This document shows positions 1 through 7,241 of a DNA stretch of 64,000 nucleotides, one piece after another; the stretch's first letter is position 1, and the number at the start of each line of letters is the position of its first letter. The notes beneath the pieces were generated by a model. That model saw only the letters and a program-made list of their open reading frames with translations. It was not told where the DNA came from and did not search any database. The translations under genes were made by a program, and so were the position numbers. The stretch is from the NCBI GenBank assembly GCA_043813585.1, contig JBDRKW010000020.1:1185-65184 (forward strand). The letters run 5' to 3'. Source of the DNA: Candidatus Kerfeldbacteria bacterium (GTDB lineage: Bacteria; Patescibacteriota; Patescibacteriia; UBA9570; XYC2-FULL-38-9).

Positions 1-1
1 C

Positions 2-223
2 CACACCGACAGCTACGTGTGGGTGACGGGTCCGGATCGGTTCATGTATGACCTCGAGGCGTACGAGGTCCTGGTGGATCCGGGCGAGGCGATCTTCGTC
101 TTCCGGTTCCTGGATGGGACCACGGTGGAGCTCGTGCAGGTGGACGTCGTCACCCACCTGACCGACTGTACGTGGTGCGACCCGAACGGGTTCCACGACG
201 TGCAGATCCACGACGCCGAGTAG
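2..223 (+). CDS. 3' fragment of an acidic secreted (lipo)protein paralog; its start lies upstream of the window
   Basis: The in-frame ORF runs off the 5' edge. Its C-terminus (DLEAYEVLVDPGE..FVFRFLDGTTVELVQVDVVTHLTDCTW) resembles the C-terminal domains of the two downstream paralogs (GDLEAYEACVPNG..WRWLDGTWFEVYTVDVQTDMY). Its GC and codon bias match theirs. Confidence 0.6.
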   Translation, partial: HTDSYVWVTGPDRFMYDLEAYEVLVDPGEAIFVFRFLDGTTVELVQVDVVTHLTDCTWCDPNGFHDVQIHDAE

Positions 224-485
224 ACGGCGTCAACAACGAACACGGACCAATCTGCCCATGACACGGGTGGTGCGGTCCTCTTTTTTTACTGAAATACCGG
301 TGGGTCTTGACCAATCCGCCGGCGTTTACTAAGATTCAATGTCCCTTCAAAACAGCGGATGCAAAGCCACATTATGGCGGGAAAAAGCCTTAGGTTCGCA
401 ACGAACATAGTGCGTTTTCCCTTCATGGCAATAGCCAAGCGGTCCACTTAACGGATCCGAAGGGAGTGGTCGGAAGGAGACAACG

Positions 486-1130
486 ATGACCACCCGCTCT
501 TACTTGATGTCCCTCTTCGCGCTGCTCCTCATCGGAGCGGTGCCGCTGTTCACCTCTTCCTGCGTGCAGGACATCCCGCCGAGCGCCCAGTCGGACGACG
601 ATGCGGCCGATGATGATGCCGCAGATGACGACGCCAGCGACGACGACGCGGCCGGGGATGACGACATGGTCAACCCGCTCGACCAGGACGGCGACGGCTA
701 CATGGTCATGAACGACTGTGATGACGCGGATCCGGACGTCCACCCCGGCGCCGACGAGGTCCTGGGCGACAACGTCGACAATGACTGCGACGGTGAGGGC
801 GCGTGCCAGGAGGTCATTCCGTACGACCTCTGCCCGCCCGACGACGACTGCATCACGGTCGCCGGCCTGGTGCACGCCGCGCCCGGGTACTACCTGTACG
901 TCGCCGACCTCGAACAGATGTTCGGCGGCGAGTGCTACGAGGTGGAGATCCCGCGTGGGACCTCGCTCTGGGTGTGGCGGATCGTCGACTTCGGCACGTG
1001 GGTCGAGACCTACAACGCCGGGTACGACACCGACATGTACCAGTGCGACGACGCCGACCCGCCCGAGGGCTACGACGTCTGTCCCACCGGCGAGTGGGAC
1101 GAGCTCTGGTTCCACGCAGCCGCGATCTGA
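486..1130 (+). CDS. secreted acidic lipoprotein-like protein with a MopE-like putative metal-binding motif and a Trp-rich C-terminal domain
   Basis: An AGGAG RBS sits about 7 nt upstream of the ATG. The protein has an N-terminal hydrophobic signal with a lipobox-like FTSSC. It continues with a poly-acidic tract (DDDAADDDAADDDASDDD), then DQDGDGY..DCDD..PG..E..DNDCDGEG (the pattern of the Pfam MopE-type metal-binding motif). The C-terminal domain is conserved with the downstream paralog. Confidence 0.8.
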   Translation: MTTRSYLMSLFALLLIGAVPLFTSSCVQDIPPSAQSDDDAADDDAADDDASDDDAAGDDDMVNPLDQDGDGYMVMNDCDDADPDVHPGADEVLGDNVDNDCDGEGACQEVIPYDLCPPDDDCITVAGLVHAAPGYYLYVADLEQMFGGECYEVEIPRGTSLWVWRIVDFGTWVETYNAGYDTDMYQCDDADPPEGYDVCPTGEWDELWFHAAAI

Positions 1131-1263
1131 CCGTTCGGCCCTGTTCTACTGCAATCTCTGCACTAGGACCGGGCCTTCTTTTTTTACTAGATAATGGGCT
1201 AAAATTAGCGTTTTAGGCGTTTTTCGTAAGAAGTGGGTGATTATGCCGTATTTTAATTTACCC

Positions 1264-1291
1264 TTGACAAAACTGTATTTTTTGCTATAAT
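1264..1291 (+). promoter_or_regulatory. sigma70-like promoter (TTGACA-N16-TATAAT) upstream of the second acidic lipoprotein gene
   Basis: TTGACA is at about 1264-1269 and TATAAT at about 1286-1291, in the AT-rich intergenic region between the paralogs. Confidence 0.5.
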
Positions 1292-1460
1292 GGCGGGTCA
1301 ATTTTACGAGGAAGTAGAGTTGGCAATAGTGCTGCCAGAATGATTATGTGGCGGGAGAGTATCCTATTTTTTACTTAAAAAATAGCGTGTTCTCTCTTCA
1401 CATGAAGGGGCCTCAGTCAAAAGGTCCTGTGAAGGGATGGTCAAACCAATGGAGGACACC

Positions 1461-2276
1461 ATGACCAATAGCAGCGTTTTCTTCCTGTACTTCAGCCTAT
1501 CGCTGTCCGCCCTCCTCTTCGGAGGGGTGGTCGGGAGCGGATGTGTCTCGGACAACGAGGTCAAGGCCTCGGACGACGACTCCGCGGACGACGACGACTC
1601 CGCCGGGGACGACGACTCCGCCGGGGACGACGACTCCGCCGGGGACGACGACTCGTCCGACGACGACACCACCGGGGACGACGACTCCGCCGGGGACGAC
1701 GACTCGTCCGACGACGACACCACCGGCGACGACGACTCGTCCGACGACGACTCGTCCGACGACGACACCACCGGCGACGACGACTCGTCCGACGACGACA
1801 CCACCGGCGACGACGACACCACCGGGGATGACGACGATTCGACGCCCCCCGTGGACGCGGACGGCGACGGCTACACCGCCGACGTCGACTGCGACGACGG
1901 CAACGCCGAGGTCAACCCTGGCGCGCTGGAGGCGTCCAACGGCGTGGACGACGACTGCGACGGCAGCGTCGATGAGGTGGGCTACGTCCACTACATCGAC
2001 TTCTGCGGTGGCAGCCCCGACTGCTTTACGGCAGCCGCGCTCGTCCACACCCCGACGTACGTGTACATCACGGGCGTGGGGTTCATCGGGGATCTCGAGG
2101 CCTACGAGGCCTGTGTCCCCAACGGCACCGCGTTGGCCGTCTGGCGCTGGCTGGACGGCACCTGGTTCGAGGTCTACACGGTCGACGTGCAGACCGACAT
2201 GTACCCCGTCACCGACATCGACCCGGCCGACTACGGCTGGGACGAGGCCTGGTGGCACGCGGAAGCCATGCCCTAG
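1461..2276 (+). CDS. secreted acidic lipoprotein-like protein paralog with a long Asp-rich repeat tract, a MopE-like motif and a Trp-rich C-terminal domain
   Basis: The start was chosen at the ATG at 1461 because GGAGG lies 5 nt upstream; the track ORF starts at 1437. The signal peptide has a lipobox-like VGSGC. About 12 heptad repeats follow (DDDSAGD, DDDSSDD, DDDTTGD). The motif DADGDGY..DCDD..NPGA..E..DDDCDGS is present. The C-terminus (WRWLDGTWFEVYTVDVQTDMY..WDEAWWHAEA) is homologous to the upstream paralog. Confidence 0.8.
   Translation: MTNSSVFFLYFSLSLSALLFGGVVGSGCVSDNEVKASDDDSADDDDSAGDDDSAGDDDSAGDDDSSDDDTTGDDDSAGDDDSSDDDTTGDDDSSDDDSSDDDTTGDDDSSDDDTTGDDDTTGDDDDSTPPVDADGDGYTADVDCDDGNAEVNPGALEASNGVDDDCDGSVDEVGYVHYIDFCGGSPDCFTAAALVHTPTYVYITGVGFIGDLEAYEACVPNGTALAVWRWLDGTWFEVYTVDVQTDMYPVTDIDPADYGWDEAWWHAEAMP
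1580..1830 (+). repeat. in-frame tandem 21-bp repeat array encoding D-D-D-S/T-A/S/T-G/D-D heptads
   Basis: Near-identical 21-nt units (gacgacgactccgccggggac and variants) are repeated about 12 times inside the CDS. Confidence 0.85.
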
Positions 2277-2362
2277 TCGTCAGGGCGACCGGCGCATCAG
2301 CGGCATATCTGATGCACCATCAGAACGATCCGCCGCCTACCAGCGGCGCTCAAGTACGATGG

Positions 2363-2404
2363 ACGGGCCGGATCTCTCACCAGATTCCGGCCCGTTCTTT
2401 TTTT
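2363..2404 (+). terminator. rho-independent terminator after the acidic lipoprotein gene
   Basis: A perfect 10-bp stem ACGGGCCGGA...TCCGGCCCGT is followed by TCTTTTTTT. Confidence 0.7.
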
Positions 2405-2456
2405 ACGAAAAACGCGAACACGTGTAGAATACATGCGCAGGCAGCTTTCCGCTGCA

Positions 2457-2485
2457 TTGACAAAACGCAAAAAAACATGTAGAAT
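2457..2485 (+). promoter_or_regulatory. sigma70-like promoter (TTGACA-N17-TAGAAT) for the radical SAM gene
   Basis: TTGACA is at about 2457-2462 and TAGAAT at about 2480-2485, roughly 28 nt upstream of the ATG at 2513. Confidence 0.5.
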
Positions 2486-2512
2486 CCACGGTTTGATACT
2501 AACCATTCCACC

Positions 2513-3541
2513 ATGCCTACAGAGAACAACCCCACAACCACAACCAACGCGCCGCTGCCGGTCGATGCCGTCATCGGCATTACCTATAACTGCAACTCCA
2601 AATGCGTGATGTGCGACATCTGGCAGATGAAGCCGCAGGAAGAGATGACCTTGGCAGATTTTGCCAAAATCCCGACCACGCTCAAAGACGTGAACATCTC
2701 GGGTGGCGAACCGTTTTTGCACAAAGATATTGTCGGCATCATTAAAACCGTGCATGAACGCGTACCCAACGCGCGCATTGTCATCTCCACCAACGGGTTT
2801 GCCACCAAGCTGATCGAAATGCGCATGAAGGAGATCGTGAAGTTCATGCCGAATATCCGCATCAGCATCAGCATCGATGGCATGGAGAAGATGCACGACG
2901 AGATCCGCCGCATCCCGAACGGATTCCAGAAAGCGATGGCCACGCTCGACATGCTCAAGAACATGGGCGTGACCGACATCCGGCTGGCATTTACCGTGAG
3001 CACCATCAACGTTGCAGACCTGCCGAAAGTATACGACCTGGCAAACAAGAAAGGCGTGCAGTTCACCATGGCGTTTGCGCAAAGTTCGGATTTTTACTTT
3101 GGCGGGAAGCAAAACTACGAAAACCCGGACCCGAAACTGCTCAAGCAGGGGTTTCAATACGTCGTTACCTCTGAACTCAAATCGCCCGAACCGAAGCGCT
3201 GGGCGCGTGCGTATTTTGAACATGGCCTCTACCAGTTTGCCACCACCGGTAAGCAGCCGCTGGCCGCAAAACCGGGCACGGACTTTTTCTACCTGGACCC
3301 GACCGGCATCATCTACCCGTCGGTCGTGCATTTCCACAGCATGGGGAATATCAAGGACTATGACACCTTTGAAGAACTCTGGAATGCCGGACAAGCCGAA
3401 GAAGCGCGCGCAGAGGTTGAAAAAGACAAGAAACAATACTGGATGATCTGCACTGCACGGTCGGCAATCCGCCGGCATCCGCTGCAGGTTGGAAAATGGA
3501 TACTCAGGAACAAGCTGATGCCGGGCAACGTCTTAAAATAA
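2513..3541 (+). CDS. radical SAM domain protein
   Basis: A CX3CX2C motif (YNCNSKCVMCDIW) lies near the N-terminus, followed by a glycine-rich SAM-binding segment (NISGGEPF). The gene sits at the head of the glycan cluster. Confidence 0.75.
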   Translation: MPTENNPTTTTNAPLPVDAVIGITYNCNSKCVMCDIWQMKPQEEMTLADFAKIPTTLKDVNISGGEPFLHKDIVGIIKTVHERVPNARIVISTNGFATKLIEMRMKEIVKFMPNIRISISIDGMEKMHDEIRRIPNGFQKAMATLDMLKNMGVTDIRLAFTVSTINVADLPKVYDLANKKGVQFTMAFAQSSDFYFGGKQNYENPDPKLLKQGFQYVVTSELKSPEPKRWARAYFEHGLYQFATTGKQPLAAKPGTDFFYLDPTGIIYPSVVHFHSMGNIKDYDTFEELWNAGQAEEARAEVEKDKKQYWMICTARSAIRRHPLQVGKWILRNKLMPGNVLK

Positions 3542-3562
3542 CCCTGTCGGCAGAGCATCACC

Positions 3563-4969
3563 ATGATCATAAAAAACATAACAATATACCAGCCCGGCCG
3601 TCCGAGGGACCTCGCCATTATCGCGACCATCTTCTGGCTGGGCGGAATCGGCGCGCTCGCGTTCATCAACCCGCTCTACATGGTGTTTGCCGTTCTCGGC
3701 ACGGCAGCGGTTCTTGTATTCGGCGCCCGGCCTGTGGCTGCGCTCTATGCCATGGCTGCCTCGTACCCCTTCATCCAGCTGGAGATCGTCTACGGCGCCT
3801 TCAACGCGCCGATCGTAGACGTGATCGCCATACTGGCGCTGGCGGCATGGGCGTTCCGCATCCTCTGGTTTCTCATGGTGGACCGGGAGCGGTTGAAAGA
3901 GCTGCGGTTTCCGCTGGTCTGGTTTTACGCGGCATGGGTGATCATCGCCGCATTATCGCTCATTAACACCTGGGACATCGCGCTGAGCTTCAAATACCTT
4001 CTGCGGCCGCTCGCGTTTTTCTACCTGGCCTACGTGTTTGTCACAGTCAACACGATCCTGAACACCAAAACGCTGTGGCGCGTGCTATTCGTTTTATATA
4101 TTGTAGGCATTGCGGTGGCGCTCTACGGCCTGTACGGCTTCTTGACCGTGGACGTCAACTCCTTCCTGGACCGCCGCGTGGTCCCGCTGCCGATTTTCGG
4201 CATGAACCCGCTGGGTGGAAACCAAAATATCATTGCAGACGTGATGGTGACCACCATCCCGATCGGGTTTTTCCTGATGCTTCATATCCGCGGCACCAAG
4301 CGGCAGAAGATGCTGTTTCTGGGCCTGCTGCTGCTGATCGGCGTGAACCTGATGACTTTTTCCCGCAGCGGGTGGCTGGCGCTCATTGTCATGCTCGGCA
4401 CGCTGCTGGTGCTTCAGTACCGCCACTTCCTGAAAAACATTGCGCGCTATACGGTCATCGCATGCATTGTTGCGCTGCCGCTGTTCGGCTACATGTTCCT
4501 GTTTTCTACGCAGGAGCAGGTGCAGAGCTCGAACGTCAACCGCCTGATGCTTAACGACATTGCGCTTGAAATGGTGACCGAATATCCGCTGCTGGGGCAG
4601 GGGGCAGGCACGTTTGTTACGCGCGTAGAGAGCAACCCGCTCTATATCAGGGAATTCGGCGCGCCACTGGATGCGCACGGGTTCATTCAAAAAGTCGCAG
4701 GCGAACTGGGCCTGCTCGGGCTGGCGGCGTACCTGGCGTTCATCGGGGCGGTGCTTTGGTTCATTTACAAGGAATACAGGCGCCATGACCGCGCGGACAA
4801 CTGGTCGTATCTTTTGGCATCGCTGTTGGTGATGGTTGTCGGAACGGTATTTTTCCAGCTGTTCCAAACCTCTTATTTTGTGGCGAAGCTGTGGTTCCCG
4901 GTCGGCGTCGCGATCGCGGCCGTCTACCTGGCGCGGAGGAATACGAAACTTGATATGTCCGGCGTATGA
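3563..4969 (+). CDS. O-antigen ligase/Wzy-like polytopic membrane protein
   Basis: The protein has about 10-12 predicted TM helices and a Wzy_C-like segment (NLMTFSRSGWLALIVML). It is embedded among glycosyltransferase genes. Confidence 0.6.
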   Translation: MIIKNITIYQPGRPRDLAIIATIFWLGGIGALAFINPLYMVFAVLGTAAVLVFGARPVAALYAMAASYPFIQLEIVYGAFNAPIVDVIAILALAAWAFRILWFLMVDRERLKELRFPLVWFYAAWVIIAALSLINTWDIALSFKYLLRPLAFFYLAYVFVTVNTILNTKTLWRVLFVLYIVGIAVALYGLYGFLTVDVNSFLDRRVVPLPIFGMNPLGGNQNIIADVMVTTIPIGFFLMLHIRGTKRQKMLFLGLLLLIGVNLMTFSRSGWLALIVMLGTLLVLQYRHFLKNIARYTVIACIVALPLFGYMFLFSTQEQVQSSNVNRLMLNDIALEMVTEYPLLGQGAGTFVTRVESNPLYIREFGAPLDAHGFIQKVAGELGLLGLAAYLAFIGAVLWFIYKEYRRHDRADNWSYLLASLLVMVVGTVFFQLFQTSYFVAKLWFPVGVAIAAVYLARRNTKLDMSGV

Positions 4970-6045
4970 ACAAGAGAATTGTTCACATTATCGACAGCCT
5001 CGAAATAGGCGGCGCTGAATGGATCATGGCCGAGCTGGCAACAGGCATGGACCGGTCGGTGTTTGATGTTGAAGTGATATGCCTGACGCAGCCAAAGTCC
5101 AGGGTCATCATGGAGTACCTGAAAAAAGGCGGGGTGCCGGTGCGGATTATCGAGAAGAAGAACAAGCTCGGCATCGGCATGTTCGAGCACCTGACAGATT
5201 TATTGCAGAAAGAACACCCGGAGATCGTCCACACCCACCTGTTTGCCGCCGACGTCTGGGGCGGGATGGCCGCATCTTCTGCGCATGTGCCGGTGATTAT
5301 CTCCACGGAACACGGCGTGAATAAGGATTTCGGCTGGATGAAAAACCGCCTGAAGTGCTGGGTAAACGGCAAACGCGATGCGATCGTAGCAGTATCGGAA
5401 AGCGTGCGGGCGTACGCGCTGGATGCGTGTTCAACAAACACGCCCGACAAAGTGAAGCTCATCCCGAACGGTATTAATATGAAGCGCTTCTACCGCGAAG
5501 CACGCAAGCGTCCCGCGAAAACGCCGGTTATTGCGGTTGTGGGGCGCCTGGAACCGGTCAAAGGGCATGCAGAGCTGCTGGCCGCGCTGCCAAAGGTGAA
5601 AAATGATTACCGTTTGCGCATTGTGGGCAGCGGTTCGCTGCGCGAGAAACTGGAACAGCAGGTAGCAGACCTCGGCCTGCAGGGCCGCGTCACCTTTGAA
5701 AACGCGCGCGAGGATGTGGAGCAGGTCTACGCAGAAGCGGATATTGTGGCGGTGCCGTCATGGTGGGAAGGCCTCGGACTGGTCGCGATTGAGGCGCTTG
5801 CAAGCGGATGTGCAGTGCTGGCCTCTAATGTGGAAGGGCTGCACGACGTGGTGCACGATGAAGAAACCGGCCTGCTGGTGGACATGAACGATCCGGACGC
5901 AGTTGCCTCAAAGCTGGATCGGTTGCTCGAAGACGCGGATTTGCGGTTTGCGCTCACAACAAAAGGCCAACAGCATGTGAAAACGCTTTACAGCCTTGAT
6001 GCGATGGTGGGCGCCTATACAACCCTGTATAATGAGCTGACATGA
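4966..6045 (+). CDS. glycosyltransferase, family 4 (GT-B fold)
   Basis: The C-terminal motif EGLGLVAIEALASGCAVLAS is typical of GT4 donor-binding domains. There is a 4-nt ATGA overlap with the upstream gene. Confidence 0.85.
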   Translation: MNKRIVHIIDSLEIGGAEWIMAELATGMDRSVFDVEVICLTQPKSRVIMEYLKKGGVPVRIIEKKNKLGIGMFEHLTDLLQKEHPEIVHTHLFAADVWGGMAASSAHVPVIISTEHGVNKDFGWMKNRLKCWVNGKRDAIVAVSESVRAYALDACSTNTPDKVKLIPNGINMKRFYREARKRPAKTPVIAVVGRLEPVKGHAELLAALPKVKNDYRLRIVGSGSLREKLEQQVADLGLQGRVTFENAREDVEQVYAEADIVAVPSWWEGLGLVAIEALASGCAVLASNVEGLHDVVHDEETGLLVDMNDPDAVASKLDRLLEDADLRFALTTKGQQHVKTLYSLDAMVGAYTTLYNELT

Positions 6046-7241
6046 AAATACTCCAGGTCAACAAGTTTTTCTATGTGAAAGGCGGGTCAGAGCGCTATTT
6101 CTTTGACGTGAGCAGCGCGCTTGAAGAAGCCGGCCATGAGATCGTCCATTTTTCCATGCAGGATGACCGCAACGAGGAGTCGCCGTACGAAGAATACTTT
6201 ATCCGGAACATCGACTTCACCGGAAAGAAATCCATCAAGAGGGGGGTGCACTATATCTATTCGCTGGAAGCGTCGGAAATGATCAAGCGTCTGGTGAAAA
6301 AAACAAAACCGGACGTGGCGCACCTGCATAACATCGCGCATCAGCTGACGCCGTCGGTCATTGTGATGCTGCAGCAGCAGCAGATCCCCATCGTGCAGAC
6401 GCTCCACGACTACCAACTGATCTGCCCGAACTACCAGATGTTTACGCAAGGGTCGCCGTGCGAGCGGTGCAAGAAACACAAATACTGGAACGCGATCACG
6501 CATACATGCGTTCAGGACTCCAAAGCATCGTCCGCGCTTTCTGCGTTTGAGATGACCTTCCATAACCAGATACTCAAGTCCTACGAATGGGGCGTGAACC
6601 GGTATATCGCGCCGTCCAAGTTCCTCTACACGAAATTGCTGGAATGGGGGATCCGCAAGTCGCAGATCGCCTACCTGCCGCATTTTGTGGAGCGGGAACG
6701 CGATGCAAACATCAGGAAGAAGAACCAGGTCCTGTACGTCGGCCGCCTGTCAAAAGAAAAAGGCGTGCACGTTCTGGTTGATGCGGCAAAAGAACTTCCG
6801 GATGTTGAGGTATTGATAGCAGGCGAGGGTGAGGAGCGCGAAGCAATCGAAGCGAAGATCAAAAAAGACAAACTGAAGAACTGCAAGCTGCTCGGGTATA
6901 AAGTGAAGGATGAACTGGACTGGCTGGTGCAGGAATCGAAAGCAGTCATCGTGCCGTCGCTGTGGTGGGAAAACGCACCCCTGGCCGTGTATGAAGCGCT
7001 GGCGCTGGGAACGCCGGTGATAGGGTCGAATTTCGGCGGATTGGTTGAACTGATCCAGAACGGCAAGAATGGCTATACATTCGAACCGGGCAACCCCGCA
7101 GACCTTGCCAAAAAGGTAGAAATGTTGTTAAATAATGGGTCGATCAAAACCGGAAATAACCGGTTCGGCAGGGAGGAGCATCTACGGAAGTTGGTACGAA
7201 TCTATGAAACAGCCCAGGATCGCACAGCCCCGAAACTCTAA
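6042..7241 (+). CDS. glycosyltransferase, family 4 (GT-B fold)
   Basis: The protein has a GT4 motif (WENAPLAVYEALALGTPVIGSNFGGLVELI). It overlaps the upstream gene by ATGA. Confidence 0.85.
   Translation: MKILQVNKFFYVKGGSERYFFDVSSALEEAGHEIVHFSMQDDRNEESPYEEYFIRNIDFTGKKSIKRGVHYIYSLEASEMIKRLVKKTKPDVAHLHNIAHQLTPSVIVMLQQQQIPIVQTLHDYQLICPNYQMFTQGSPCERCKKHKYWNAITHTCVQDSKASSALSAFEMTFHNQILKSYEWGVNRYIAPSKFLYTKLLEWGIRKSQIAYLPHFVERERDANIRKKNQVLYVGRLSKEKGVHVLVDAAKELPDVEVLIAGEGEEREAIEAKIKKDKLKNCKLLGYKVKDELDWLVQESKAVIVPSLWWENAPLAVYEALALGTPVIGSNFGGLVELIQNGKNGYTFEPGNPADLAKKVEMLLNNGSIKTGNNRFGREEHLRKLVRIYETAQDRTAPKL

Noticed and set aside
1580-1830. The tandem 21-bp repeats considered as a possible CRISPR array
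   Set aside because: The repeats are contiguous with no spacers, lie in frame inside a CDS, and are translated as an acidic heptad linker. They are not a CRISPR array.
423-2427. Long antisense and alternative-frame ORFs over the acidic lipoprotein genes, for example 423-1115 (-), 718-1194 (+), 1497-2258 (-) and 1543-2427 (+, TTTPPG-rich)
   Set aside because: These are shadow ORFs created by the GC-rich repetitive GAC/GGC composition. The sense-frame proteins have signal peptides, RBSs and paralogy, which the alternatives lack.
2297-3478. 393-aa minus-strand ORF opposite the radical SAM gene, and similar long antisense ORFs at 4094-4867, 12727-13659, 16494-17159 and 18086-19102
   Set aside because: They have no recognisable motifs, and each fully overlaps a well-supported sense gene with strong family signatures (radical SAM, Wzy-like, GT2, ugd, sat).
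7135-7203. Upstream extension of the GH-like/FG-GAP protein to the track start at 7135
   Set aside because: The extension overlaps 107 nt of the preceding GT4 gene and precedes the signal-peptide n-region. The start at MKQPR (7204) gives a canonical signal peptide. The extension cannot be fully excluded.
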